Shown: positions 36,338 to 46,299 of the stretch, piece by piece
Position numbering within the stretch: position 1 is the first letter of the stretch
How the letters are laid out: each line of letters opens with the position of its first letter
Assembly (NCBI GenBank): GCA_038230075.1
Contig: JBBRNV010000004.1
Location: 6,047 to 70,046, forward strand
Source: Minisyncoccia bacterium
Lineage (GTDB): Bacteria > Patescibacteriota > Minisyncoccia > Phycocordibacterales > CALRBL01
Direction of reading: 5' to 3'
DNA length: 64,000 nt
The notes under the pieces: model-generated
Database searches by the model: none
Seen by the model: only the letters and a program-made list of their open reading frames with translations
What the model was told of the DNA's origin: nothing
Program-made: the position numbers and the translations under genes

Positions 36338-37726
36338 CTATTTTCCGTCGATCACGTCAATATTTCCTTGAATTGAAGACTTTTTAGCCAAAACCTGATT
36401 TCCGTAAAACGTATTGCTACCACTGCATGATTTACCAGAATAATACTTACATGCTGCATTTCTCTCTGCTGTATATGTTTGGGCGTTAGCCCCTAAGTCA
36501 CTTAAGTACATAGCTGAGGCCATAAATGCATCTTCAGGATTCCATGGATCAGAAGCAGCTTTTCCAAGCGCGCTTGTAATTCTGTCTTGAAATAATACCC
36601 ACGTTGAAGGAATAAACTGAGATGGTCCCATAGCTCCTCCGTAACCTACTTGAAACGGACATGACACTCGTGTTTTGAAAGGATCTCTTCCTAAAGCTTT
36701 TGTTATATTTAAAAATGGTTGAACATCACGACTTGGCTTCATAACATTCGCAACAGTTGCCCCAGATGAAATTCGGATTCCAGAACCACTTGTGGTGTCG
36801 GTGAGATAACATGATCCAACATTTTCACCGAGATTGCTTTCTTGTGTGATGATGGCCAATAAGAACGCAGGATCAACACCTGTCTTTCCTCCTGCTTCTC
36901 GTGCAAATGCAACGGCATCACCGAATTTGATTGATGCAGAATCTCGAAGCGCAAACAGCGCGTTTTTGATTTGTGCAGCTTTTGCTTGTTTGTCTGCGAT
37001 GACTGACTGATAGTTCTTTTGCTGCTGTTTATTAAGACCCAACAAATATTTTTTATCTCCTTCGTTTTTTTGAATTTTTGCTTCTTCTTTTTGCACATCA
37101 ACTTTTGTATCAATTTCTTGATTTCGTTTTTGATTCAACTGCTCTTTTTGACTTTCAGTATCGGCTTTTGCTTGTCGTACCTGAGTAAAAAACTGTTTAA
37201 GTGATTCTTGTACTGATCCATATGAATCAACATCAACAAAGAAATCAGAAATATTTCGTTTTGCAAGTAATACTTCAGGAAGTGTGTAGCTATCAAACTG
37301 GTGGGTTTTATCGAGAATTTCAGAAAGTGAGTCTTGTCCGTTTTGTATATGCTCTTCAAGAGTATCAATGGTCTTGGCTTTAACAGTAATATCTTTTCCT
37401 AACTGTTGAATAGCAATGTTGTGCGCTTTTATTTTTAGTTGTGCTTCTTTAATTTTTGCATCAAGAATAGCAATGTCTCTCGTTATAGAAACAGCTTCTC
37501 CTTGTTTTTGACCTAAAATAGCTTGCTGCTCTTGAATCTCCTTCTCAATTTCTGCTAACTGAGTTCGAAGTGCGGCTTCTTGTTCTGGAGTAAGGTTTGG
37601 ATTAGTTGCTGATTGAGCATTTACTACGTTAGTAAAAAGGTAAACCGGTTGACCGGAAATCAGTGAGACAGTGATTATTCCCAACAATAGTGAAAGAAGG
37701 GATTTTCTGAATGATAAAATGCTCAT
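36338..37726 (-). CDS. Exported coiled-coil protein with C-terminal lytic transglycosylase domain
   Basis: Signal peptide, long CwlO/PcsB-like coiled coil, AIITQES catalytic Glu, GAMGPSQFIPSTW. Confidence 0.88.
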   Translation of the reverse strand: MSILSFRKSLLSLLLGIITVSLISGQPVYLFTNVVNAQSATNPNLTPEQEAALRTQLAEIEKEIQEQQAILGQKQGEAVSITRDIAILDAKIKEAQLKIKAHNIAIQQLGKDITVKAKTIDTLEEHIQNGQDSLSEILDKTHQFDSYTLPEVLLAKRNISDFFVDVDSYGSVQESLKQFFTQVRQAKADTESQKEQLNQKRNQEIDTKVDVQKEEAKIQKNEGDKKYLLGLNKQQQKNYQSVIADKQAKAAQIKNALFALRDSASIKFGDAVAFAREAGGKTGVDPAFLLAIITQESNLGENVGSCYLTDTTSGSGIRISSGATVANVMKPSRDVQPFLNITKALGRDPFKTRVSCPFQVGYGGAMGPSQFIPSTWVLFQDRITSALGKAASDPWNPEDAFMASAMYLSDLGANAQTYTAERNAACKYYSGKSCSGSNTFYGNQVLAKKSSIQGNIDVIDGK

Positions 37727-37775
37727 AGCCGAAGCCTGAGCATTATATCATACCAATATTGTAGGTTGTCTAGTG

Positions 37776-38420
37776 TTATTCTGCTGCTGGTTCTGCGTCT
37801 TCTTCTTTCTTTCCCTTCTTTTCTGAGAGCTCAATCGCTGAGAAATCGACAGGTACTGAAACTTCTTCAACCTCTTCTTTTGCAGGGTTTGCAAGAACAA
37901 TGACGTCATCTGCTTCAGTGATAAGAGTTACTCCTGCTGGAAGTTTAAGATCTCGTGCATGAATCTGATCTTCAAATGTTGCGAGTGCTGAGATATCAAC
38001 CACAATTTCATGTGGAAGGTTCGCTGCTTCTGCTTCAATTTCAACTTCGTGAACTACCTTAACCAATGTTCCTCCAAGAGTTTTAACCGCTTCAGAAACA
38101 CCAATGAATTCAATTGGAACATGAACTTTAACTTTTTTACCTTTTTCAAGAACGTAAAAGTCGATGTGTCTGATTTTTCCAACAACAGGATCTCGGTCGA
38201 TGTCGTGAACAAGAACATCAAATGTTCCTTCTGTTGTTGTTAATTTGATAACAGTTGATTCACCAGCTTGCTTAAATGCTCGAAGGAAATCAACTTCATT
38301 AATAGTAATTGGAGTAGAAGCCTGAACTCTGCCGTAATATACAGCTGGAATCTGGCCCTCTCGGCGGATTTTACTGAGGTTTCCGCCTACCTGACGCTTT
38401 TCTGCTTGTAATGTAATCAT
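37776..38420 (-). CDS. rplY: 50S ribosomal protein L25 (CTC/TL5 form)
   Basis: RREGQIPAVYYG, HIDFY and VPIEFIG...AVK..GG motifs. Confidence 0.96.
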   Translation of the reverse strand: MITLQAEKRQVGGNLSKIRREGQIPAVYYGRVQASTPITINEVDFLRAFKQAGESTVIKLTTTEGTFDVLVHDIDRDPVVGKIRHIDFYVLEKGKKVKVHVPIEFIGVSEAVKTLGGTLVKVVHEVEIEAEAANLPHEIVVDISALATFEDQIHARDLKLPAGVTLITEADDVIVLANPAKEEVEEVSVPVDFSAIELSEKKGKKEEDAEPAAE

Positions 38421-38477
38421 AGGTAACCAGTCTAGCGTAAAACCTTAAAAAATCAACTAACATGAGAGATTTCTGAA

Positions 38478-39026
38478 TTATCGTCCTCCAGCTGGATCAG
38501 ATGTACAGAGAGTATTTCCATTCTGATATCCAACCAATGTACCTGGTCCACAAGAAACTTGTCCTTCGAGAACCCAGTTTAATGATGTCGCGGGATCAAT
38601 AGGACAAGCAGTTGTTACACAAGTATAAATCGCTCCCTCACTTTGACCACCGGCAAGCGTTATAAGGTATGTGTTAACAGGAGGAGTTGAAGGAATATAT
38701 TTAGAAAGTTCGGTCATTGTTGCGGGCACTTCACTATATTGAGTTCCAGAGAAGATACATTTTCCTGCTGCGTAGTTATATCCTGTACCCAAACAAATTG
38801 GAGTAGCAGCTACTGGAACCACTGGATAATATCCATATGTCTGATAATACTGAGCAAACGCCTTTTGATATTCTCGAACTTGAGAAATTGTTTTGGCGTT
38901 TCTTCCTTTGATTCGAGATGCGTTTGCGGCAGTAAAAACAACAGCAGATAGAAAACCAATGATGGCAACAACAACTAAAACTTCTAGTAATGTGAATCCT
39001 TTATTTGTTTTTTTATATAAATTCAT
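38478..39026 (-). CDS. Type IV pilin / pseudopilin
   Basis: Class III signal KG|FTLLEVLVVVAIIGFLSAVV; Y...GYYP; six Cys in the globular head. Confidence 0.9.
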   Translation of the reverse strand: MNLYKKTNKGFTLLEVLVVVAIIGFLSAVVFTAANASRIKGRNAKTISQVREYQKAFAQYYQTYGYYPVVPVAATPICLGTGYNYAAGKCIFSGTQYSEVPATMTELSKYIPSTPPVNTYLITLAGGQSEGAIYTCVTTACPIDPATSLNWVLEGQVSCGPGTLVGYQNGNTLCTSDPAGGR

Positions 39027-39031
39027 AAATG

Positions 39032-39331
39032 TTATTTTTGATTTTTTGAAGGGAACGTGTCTAAAATTTCTTTGGGCAACCTCTGTACAACATCTCTTGG
39101 TAAATCTTCACGATATGTTACTTGAATTTCTTTCTTATTCCCCATTACGATAAAAAAACTTGCCGCGATAAGAAGAACACCCGCTCCTACAATAAAAATT
39201 TGAGCGGTTGTTTCGCTACTCATCAAACCACTTTTAACAAACCACGTAACTAACGTACTTTTTTGAGAACCTCTTTGATATGTATCACCATACGCTTGCC
39301 TTGTCTCTTCAATAAATTCAATATCGCTCAT
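39032..39331 (-). CDS. Hypothetical single-TM protein
   Basis: MSDIEFIEE...TM helix; start trimmed from 39463 because that would overlap the divergent pfkB gene and TATACT lies 8 nt before the ATG at 39331. Confidence 0.6.
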   Translation of the reverse strand: MSDIEFIEETRQAYGDTYQRGSQKSTLVTWFVKSGLMSSETTAQIFIVGAGVLLIAASFFIVMGNKKEIQVTYREDLPRDVVQRLPKEILDTFPSKNQK

Positions 39332-39377
39332 TGCCATTAAGTATATCATCATTAAAAGTTCATGATAATATGTACGT

Positions 39378-40430
39378 ATGTCTATTTTTAATCGAATGTT
39401 TGGTGGAAACGGAAGCGCTTCTGGCGCTGATTTTAATCTCGATTGTCTTTCTATTGGAGACACAGTCGTTGATGCATTTATTCGTCTTCAAGTTGCTGAA
39501 GAGTTGGTAGACGTTGAACACCACCGCGACATGCTTTGCATGACATTCGCTGACAAAATACCTTATGAATTTGCTGAAGTAATTCCCGGTGTTGGAAATA
39601 GCGCTAATGCCGCAGTTGCTCTTGGAAGACTGGGTCTCTCATCTGGAATCTACACCAATGTTGGAGACGATATGTATGGACAAGATTGTATTAAGAATTT
39701 CAAAGATAATCACGTATCAACAGACTTCGTTGTGGTGAATAAGGGAATGAAGACAAACTACCATTACGTATTGTGGTTCAAAAATGAACGAACAATTTTA
39801 ATTAAACACTTCGAGTATCCGTATGTCTTTCCTAAACAAACTAATCCTCGATACATCTACTTAAGTTCTCTTGGGCCAACATCTCTCGACATGCATCGCC
39901 AAATCGCTGACTTCATGAAGTCACATCCAGAAACAAAACTAGTATTTCAACCTGGAACATTTCAAATTAAATTAGGAAAAGATCAGCTTAAAGATATTTA
40001 TGCATGTACAGAAATCTTTTTCTGTAACAAAGAAGAGGCTGGAAAAATATTAGGAACAGACGCAATTGCTGGAGCTGATAATATAAAAAAATTAATGAGT
40101 GACCTTCGTGGTCTTGGACCAAAAGTCGTTGTTGTAACCGATGGACCAGCTGGTGCATATGCATCTAATGGAACAGAGAATCTTTTTGCACCACCGTATC
40201 CTGATCCAAAAGAGCCTTACGAACGAACTGGTGCAGGAGATGCATTTGCTTCAACATTTACTGGAGCATTAATGAAAGGAAAGACATTGAAGGAAGCTTT
40301 ACAGTGGGGGTCTGTTAACTCTATGTCAGTTGTGCAAGATATTGGTGCACAACGAGGCCTTCTTCCACAAGATAAAATTGAGCAGTTTATTAAAACTGCA
40401 CCTGTAGGTTGGATCGTTACGGAAATTTAA
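39378..40430 (+). CDS. PfkB/ribokinase-family carbohydrate kinase
   Basis: GNSANAAVALGRLG, NKEEA, VTDGPAG and RTGAGDAF motifs. Confidence 0.93.
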   Translation: MSIFNRMFGGNGSASGADFNLDCLSIGDTVVDAFIRLQVAEELVDVEHHRDMLCMTFADKIPYEFAEVIPGVGNSANAAVALGRLGLSSGIYTNVGDDMYGQDCIKNFKDNHVSTDFVVVNKGMKTNYHYVLWFKNERTILIKHFEYPYVFPKQTNPRYIYLSSLGPTSLDMHRQIADFMKSHPETKLVFQPGTFQIKLGKDQLKDIYACTEIFFCNKEEAGKILGTDAIAGADNIKKLMSDLRGLGPKVVVVTDGPAGAYASNGTENLFAPPYPDPKEPYERTGAGDAFASTFTGALMKGKTLKEALQWGSVNSMSVVQDIGAQRGLLPQDKIEQFIKTAPVGWIVTEI

Positions 40431-40449
40431 AAATTAGAAGTATTCGGAA

Positions 40450-41454
40450 CTATCTACTAATTACTTTCTTCGCAGCTTCTACAATGTGGGAAACTCCCAT
40501 GCCAAAGTGTTCGATCAATTCATCTGGAGTTCCTGATTGTCCGAAGACATCTTTCACCCCAATAAATTCTATAGGCACTGGCATAGTTTGTGACAAACAT
40601 TCAGCAACGGCTGATCCCATTCCCCCTGCAATCTGATGTTCCTCTACCGTGACTACTTTTGGTGCTTTTTGAACACATGTCAAAATTGTTTTTGCATCAA
40701 GTGGTTTAATCGTTGAAAGATTCAGAATGATTGAACCGATGTTTTCTTGTTCCAGCATATTTGCAGCTTGAAGTGCTTTGTGAACTAATGCCCCCGTTGC
40801 AATAATAGTAACCTGTGGTTTTTCTGATTCGAAAAAGACCTCAGCCTTCCCTATTTCAAAAGGAGTTTCTTCAGTAGTGATGATGGGTGTTTTTTCTCGA
40901 GCTAGTCGAATATAGGTTGGTGCATCAGTTTTAGAAAGTGCCATCGTTGCTTTTCGTGCTTCAATGGCATCACAAGGAGAGATAACTACCATTCGAGGAA
41001 TGACTCGTGTGATTGCAATGTCTTCAATTGCTTGATGTGTTCCTCCATCTGGGCCAACTGAGACTCCAGCATGTGATCCTGCAATTTTTACTGGCACATT
41101 ATTGTATGCGATGGTTGTTCGAATTTGTTCCCAGTTTCTTCCCGGAGAAAACATTGCATACGATGCGATAAAAGGAACTTTTCCCATTGCTGCCATTCCA
41201 GATGCAACAGATGCCATATTTTGTTCACCAATTCCTATTTCAATAAATCGATCCGGAAACATTTCTTTAAACAAAGAAATCTTCGAAGAATCGGTAAGAT
41301 CTGCACACAGCGCAACGATATTGTTATTATCTTTTGCAGCATCACGAAGACCTTCTCCGAATCCTTGTCTGATTGGAACTTGTTCAACATCTTTGTCGAA
41401 TATTTTTTTATTTAAAGAATGATGAAGTGACATATTATTTATCTTTGTTTTCAT
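40450..41454 (-). CDS. tkt: Transketolase, C-terminal subunit
   Basis: ADLTDS, IGIGEQNM, GPDGGTHQAIED, TIKPLD and VEEHQIAGGMG motifs. Confidence 0.93.
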   Translation of the reverse strand: MKTKINNMSLHHSLNKKIFDKDVEQVPIRQGFGEGLRDAAKDNNNIVALCADLTDSSKISLFKEMFPDRFIEIGIGEQNMASVASGMAAMGKVPFIASYAMFSPGRNWEQIRTTIAYNNVPVKIAGSHAGVSVGPDGGTHQAIEDIAITRVIPRMVVISPCDAIEARKATMALSKTDAPTYIRLAREKTPIITTEETPFEIGKAEVFFESEKPQVTIIATGALVHKALQAANMLEQENIGSIILNLSTIKPLDAKTILTCVQKAPKVVTVEEHQIAGGMGSAVAECLSQTMPVPIEFIGVKDVFGQSGTPDELIEHFGMGVSHIVEAAKKVISR

Positions 41455-41716
41455 AAACTGGCTTATGACTATACTTTACGCCTGCTTTTACGACTTCTGA
41501 GAATCCTTCTTCGAGAATCTTTACCATCTCTGTTAAATCATAAGCGTCGCTTGTTGTTTTAAATGCTTCAACTTTTTTCGCAGCATCTTCAGTATCTTTT
41601 AGAAAAGCATCGCTTTCAATTTTTATTTGTTCTGAAACACGTTTTAGATCAGCAATTGCTTGAGTGATTTCTTTATCTTCACGTTCGTCAGAAGTGTGAG
41701 TTTTAATAGTTGTCAT
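41435..41716 (-). CDS. Hypothetical helical protein
   Basis: 93-aa ORF co-oriented with and tightly packed between its neighbours. Confidence 0.6.
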   Translation of the reverse strand: MTTIKTHTSDEREDKEITQAIADLKRVSEQIKIESDAFLKDTEDAAKKVEAFKTTSDAYDLTEMVKILEEGFSEVVKAGVKYSHKPVYENKDK

Positions 41717-41730
41717 GTTTTTATTATATA

Positions 41731-43977
41731 TTATGCGGCTTTTGCGAGTTCTGCATTCCTTGCAGCTCTTTCTTTAACGGCTTTTTCTTCTTGTGCAACG
41801 ACAAAATCTTTTTGTGGTCTAAATACTTCTTGAATAGTAGTTATTCTATCTGACACAATTCGTTTGTAGTCTTGATCTGATATTGGTTTACCACCAACAA
41901 CCATCATTTCATTCATTTCTTCAGGAAGTCTTCTGATTACATTGTTTGCTGTTCTCATATCTACACCCGTCACAAGCTTCTTTTTTTCTATAGACCAAAG
42001 AATCTTATTAACTACTCGTAGTTGTATTCGTAGTTGACCATTCAAAAACTGTGTCATTACTCTTTGAGCTCGCGGCGATTCAATTTCTTTTAATCTACTA
42101 ATTCGTAACCGAAGTGAATCTATCTCACTCCGTTCTGCTTGTAACAAATCATATGCAGCAGCTGCCATTTTAGGACCATCACCCCCAAGTCTTTCTTCGA
42201 TTAACTTAAAGCGACGGTCTCCCTCTGTTGTAATCTTTTTCCAAACTTCTACTTCAACATTAACAGGGAGTGTCTCAACAAAAGATTCTGTTCCTAATTC
42301 ACGCAACAATTCTGTTGGCATTGGAATAATTTTTCGCTCACCAGGAACAGAAGGACCCGCCGTTGATGGTCCTGAACCTGGGAATGGAATAATGACTGAA
42401 TGCAGAGTTTCAGGAACCACTTCTGTTTCTATTTCTGTAGGAATTTCTTCTGCAAGAATCGGTACAATTTCTTCAGTAGTTAGAGGATCACTCTCAGTTG
42501 TAGTTGACGTAGTTGATATTTCTTCGTTCACAACAACAGGAGCTTCAGGAGCTGAAGTTATAACTGGTCGCTCATTTGTATACTGGGCTTTTAATTCTTG
42601 CCACTTTCGAGTTTTTCCATCAACCTTTCGAATTTTTGTATTTGCCTTATCGAGAACTTTTTGCTGTGTAGCTAAATTCTTTTGTGCATCTTTAAGCGCA
42701 GCTTTTGCTTCTTTGAGTGCAGCTTTCATTTGAACTTTTTGATCTTTCGAAATCAAATTTTTAAGAGCAAGCATTTTCTCTAGTCCATCAATAGTTTCTG
42801 AATGTTCAGCAACCGTTTTTGCATGAGTATCTACCGCTTGTGTAAGATGTTCTTTACTTTCAACCAATTCTGCGTATCCCTTCCCCGCTCTCATGTGTTC
42901 AATCTTTCCGTTGAAACGAGCTGCCATTTTTTGATCAATCGCATCAACAACCGCTTCGAATTTGGCGGCTTGTTGTTCTGTAAGTGCAAGCGCTGCAACA
43001 TGTGTATCTTTTACTGCTTCAATTTTTCGTATTCTACTTTCAAGTTTCATTTCTCTAATTTCATACTGACTAACCAACTGATCTCTCAACTTTCTAAGTG
43101 CAGGAGATGTTGGATTTTCTCCAAGTGTTCCAATGACTCTCTGCTTCTCAGCTTCAAATTTAGCTTTCTCTTGATTTTGTTGATGAGTTAATACTTCAAT
43201 ATCTGCCTTGTGTTGTGTGATCGCTTGTTTTTGACCAAGCAAATCTTTAACAGCAGAACGTCGCTCACCTCCAAACATTTTAGTTCTAAAATTATCCCAT
43301 TTTAATCTTATTGCGCTTTCTGCCTTCCTACTTTCTGCTGGAATTATGTCGGGCACTTCAATATCTGTAGCAATTACTGCGTCTGGTGTTGTTGTTGGAG
43401 TTTCTACCGCAACAAGAGGAATAGGAATAGCGGCTTCATGTATTACTGGAATGGGAACTTCAGCATCAGGGGTTGGTATCTCTGCTTCAGGAATTTCTGC
43501 AGCAGGAGGAGGAGTTTCGAGGATATCAGAAACTGGAGCAACCTCAACGATGGGAGTTTCGGGCGGCAATTCAGAGATAGCAGGAGGAACTTCAGCAACT
43601 GGGGTGTTGGGTACTTCAACAAGAGGAATTTCCGAAACAGCCTCAGATGCTGCCACATCTGGAGTTGGTGGAAATGCAGCATATAGAGTATCCGCAAAAG
43701 TGTCTTCTGATTTCAAATCTTCATTTGGAACCTCTGCGGCAACTTCTGATGGGATTTCCACAGAAACAGGATTTAGAACAATTTTTGCTTCAAATGCAGC
43801 TTTCTCAGCAGTCTCAGCAGTCTCAGCAGCCACTGCATCTGCAGCTCTCTGTTGTTCATTAACTAATTCATTCATAGCAATAACTTGAGGATGTTCTATA
43901 GGCTCAGGAACTACCACCTCTCCCGTTGAATCTGGAGGCAATACTGTGTCATTTAAATTTTTTGGAATATTACTCAT
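41731..43977 (-). CDS. Large orphan: Pro/Glu-rich low-complexity regions flanking a long coiled coil, helical C-terminus
   Basis: 748-aa ORF whose start overlaps the upstream tkt stop by 8 nt; no TM segment or signal peptide seen. Confidence 0.8.
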   Translation of the reverse strand: MSNIPKNLNDTVLPPDSTGEVVVPEPIEHPQVIAMNELVNEQQRAADAVAAETAETAEKAAFEAKIVLNPVSVEIPSEVAAEVPNEDLKSEDTFADTLYAAFPPTPDVAASEAVSEIPLVEVPNTPVAEVPPAISELPPETPIVEVAPVSDILETPPPAAEIPEAEIPTPDAEVPIPVIHEAAIPIPLVAVETPTTTPDAVIATDIEVPDIIPAESRKAESAIRLKWDNFRTKMFGGERRSAVKDLLGQKQAITQHKADIEVLTHQQNQEKAKFEAEKQRVIGTLGENPTSPALRKLRDQLVSQYEIREMKLESRIRKIEAVKDTHVAALALTEQQAAKFEAVVDAIDQKMAARFNGKIEHMRAGKGYAELVESKEHLTQAVDTHAKTVAEHSETIDGLEKMLALKNLISKDQKVQMKAALKEAKAALKDAQKNLATQQKVLDKANTKIRKVDGKTRKWQELKAQYTNERPVITSAPEAPVVVNEEISTTSTTTESDPLTTEEIVPILAEEIPTEIETEVVPETLHSVIIPFPGSGPSTAGPSVPGERKIIPMPTELLRELGTESFVETLPVNVEVEVWKKITTEGDRRFKLIEERLGGDGPKMAAAAYDLLQAERSEIDSLRLRISRLKEIESPRAQRVMTQFLNGQLRIQLRVVNKILWSIEKKKLVTGVDMRTANNVIRRLPEEMNEMMVVGGKPISDQDYKRIVSDRITTIQEVFRPQKDFVVAQEEKAVKERAARNAELAKAA

Positions 43978-44863
43978 GTTCGCTAGTTATTTTACCTTGT
44001 AATGTTCGAAGTTCATTTAATGCCATTATCGCCTGATCTTTACTCGGCGGATTTCCATGCCAATATGGTTTTCGTTCAAATTCATGTACCCCTTTTCCAG
44101 GAATGGTGTGAGCCAAGATAACAACCGGACGATTAAATATTTCTTTGGCCTCTTCAACTGCATTAATAATATCAGTAAAATTGTGTCCATTCACTTCAAT
44201 GACATACCAATTAAATGCGTGCCATTTTTCGTATAATGATTCAAGTGGCATTACATCTTCAGTGAATCCATCAATTTGAATATTGTTTCGATCAACAATT
44301 GCAATTAAATTTCCAAGTTTTTCTTTTCCTGCGAGCATAATGGCTTCCCAATTTTGTCCTTCATTTAATTCTCCATCTCCAAGGAAACAATAGATAAATT
44401 TTCCTGACATTTCTTCAGGATCTTTTTGCGCTTTAGTTTTTTCTCTAATGTCGATTCTATCAGCGAGCGCCATGCCAACTGCTTGTGAGAGCCCTGACCC
44501 AAGCGGACCTGAACTTGTTTCTAAAAATGGAAGCCATTCTCGATGAGGATGCCCTTGAAGACGTGATCCGAACTTTCGAAGTGTCTTTAATTCCTCAACT
44601 GGAAAATATCCAGCATGCGCAAGTGTTGCGTATAAAACAGGGCAGATGTGTCCATTTGAAAGAACGAGTCGATCGCGCTCATCCCACATTGGATTCTTTG
44701 GATCATGTTTTAAAATATGAAAATAGAATGCCGTGAAAATATCTGCCATGCCGAGAGGTCCTGCAGTATGACCTGATCCTGCAGTAACAAGCATTTCAAT
44801 TATTGATTCACGAATATCATTCGCTTTTTGTTCAAGAAACTTTGTATCAGCCTGGGCTATCAT
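43970..44863 (-). CDS. tkt: Transketolase, N-terminal ThDP-binding subunit
   Basis: GSGH, DRLVLSNGH, LQGHP, GPLGSG, GDGELNEGQNWEA...N and T.PGKG motifs. Confidence 0.94.
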   Translation of the reverse strand: MIAQADTKFLEQKANDIRESIIEMLVTAGSGHTAGPLGMADIFTAFYFHILKHDPKNPMWDERDRLVLSNGHICPVLYATLAHAGYFPVEELKTLRKFGSRLQGHPHREWLPFLETSSGPLGSGLSQAVGMALADRIDIREKTKAQKDPEEMSGKFIYCFLGDGELNEGQNWEAIMLAGKEKLGNLIAIVDRNNIQIDGFTEDVMPLESLYEKWHAFNWYVIEVNGHNFTDIINAVEEAKEIFNRPVVILAHTIPGKGVHEFERKPYWHGNPPSKDQAIMALNELRTLQGKITSEHE

Positions 44864-44902
44864 TCATCTATTCTACCTTACTTTGTTTTGTGTTAGAAGC
44901 TG

Positions 44903-45664
44903 TTATTTCTCTTTTTTGATCGTTGCTCGTTCAGCTCTCCACGCTTCAATGTCTTTATGATTCCCCGACAATAAAACCGGAGGAACTTTATAGTTCTTTC
45001 CTTTAAATTTCAAAATTTCAGGACGAGTATACACTTCCTTACTTGCCGATCTGTCTTCTTCAAGTGATTCAATGTTTCCAAGCACACCTTCACACTTTCT
45101 TGCCATCGTATCGATAATGATAAGTGCAGGAAGTTCTCCACCTGTTAATACGAAAGGTCCAATTGAAACTTCGACTGCTTTCAAAATAGAAACTACTCGC
45201 GCATCTACTCCTTCGTATCGTCCACAGATAATAACAATGTCGGTATATGTTGAGACAAATGTTTTCGCGACACTTGTTGTAAATTGTTCACCACCAGGAG
45301 AAAGAAAAATGGTTAGTGCTTTTCTTTTTGTTTTCCCTTTTCCAATCTTTGAAAGAATTTTGTCATGTGCTTTTAAGATTGGTTCTGCTTGCATAACCAT
45401 TCCAGGACCTCCTCCATATGGTTTATCGTCAATTCGTAAATAAGGCTTTTCTCTTCCTTTCTGATTTTTTGTTGGCTTTACAAAACTTCGAGGATTATAA
45501 AATGAAACATCGATAATCTTTTGATCGATAGCTCGTTTTATAATTGATTCCTCTAAATAGGAATCAAAGACATTGGGAAAAAGCGTAATCACATGAAAGT
45601 GAAGTTGGGTTTTTGTGGTAAGCACTTTTTTCTTTAGAGAATTTTTTATTGAAACTTTTTTCAT
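44903..45664 (-). CDS. trmD: tRNA (guanine-N1)-methyltransferase
   Basis: ITLFP, DDKPYGGGPGMVM, CGRYEGVDARV, SIGPFVLTGGELPA, YTRP and VP.VLLSGNH motifs. Confidence 0.97.
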   Translation of the reverse strand: MKKVSIKNSLKKKVLTTKTQLHFHVITLFPNVFDSYLEESIIKRAIDQKIIDVSFYNPRSFVKPTKNQKGREKPYLRIDDKPYGGGPGMVMQAEPILKAHDKILSKIGKGKTKRKALTIFLSPGGEQFTTSVAKTFVSTYTDIVIICGRYEGVDARVVSILKAVEVSIGPFVLTGGELPALIIIDTMARKCEGVLGNIESLEEDRSASKEVYTRPEILKFKGKNYKVPPVLLSGNHKDIEAWRAERATIKKEK

Positions 45665-45691
45665 TTCTATATATGTATGCTGATACTACAC

Positions 45692-45731
45692 AAAGCAAAG
45701 GGGCGCCGCAACGAATAGTCGGGCGCCCCTC
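45692..45731 (-). terminator. Terminator of unit C
   Basis: Minus strand aggggcgcc...ggcgcccct followed by ttgcttt. Confidence 0.7.
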
Positions 45732-45753
45732 AGGATTCGAAGTGGTATTTGAG

Positions 45754-46143
45754 TCAGGCATGAAAAGCCATATCGAAACTCAAACTCTTCGGTCGTATGA
45801 CCGGAATGCGACAGTCCTCCGGTGGTGGGTCAACCAGAAAAATCTCTCGGGCTGAATACAACAATGCCTCAGACAGAGCAATGCCAACCTCGTTGAGGAT
45901 GACATCGCTTGGAACTTCACGCCGCCGATCACGAGTAAACTCACAAGCGGTGGTAAAGGCCCGATTCGGCGAGAGTAATCCACTTGACTCCACCTCTTGG
46001 AAAAGGAGTAAGCGTACTTTGAGTACGCAATCAGCGCAACTCTCGACGTCGCGCCAACTGACCTCAATGACGTTCACCACACCGAGACAGAGGTTCTCAA
46101 TACCCACAAAGGTGAAACCACGATATTTAACATTTCGATTCAT
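45754..46143 (-). CDS. Orphan protein (unit C), paralogue of 46300-46650
   Basis: 129-aa ORF with own promoter (TTTACT-17-CATAGT near 46210-46238) and terminator; aligns by eye with the adjacent ORF. Confidence 0.65.
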   Translation of the reverse strand: MNRNVKYRGFTFVGIENLCLGVVNVIEVSWRDVESCADCVLKVRLLLFQEVESSGLLSPNRAFTTACEFTRDRRREVPSDVILNEVGIALSEALLYSAREIFLVDPPPEDCRIPVIRPKSLSFDMAFHA

Positions 46144-46241
46144 TTTTTAGGAGCTGGGTTGATGATTGGCTACGAACTGAAGTTCTGGAGACCATTTGGT
46201 TCCAATCGAACTATGCCACAGTTATAGTTTAAAGTAAATAT

Positions 46242-46281
46242 AAAAACGAAAGGGTCCGACATTCACATGTCGGACTCCCTT
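46242..46281 (-). terminator. Terminator of unit D
   Basis: Minus strand aaggg-ag-tccgacat-gtga-atgtcgga-ccctt followed by tcgttttt. Confidence 0.75.
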
Positions 46282-46299
46282 GTCGATACAGATAGCAAC

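Noticed and set aside
39332-39463. N-terminal extension of the 143-aa ORF
   Set aside because: Overlaps the divergent pfkB start; a better start with its own -10 box exists at 39331.
42392-43888. Plus-strand Ser/Gly/Thr-rich ORFs (113, 129 and 180 aa)
   Set aside because: Antisense shadows of the low-complexity 748-aa gene.
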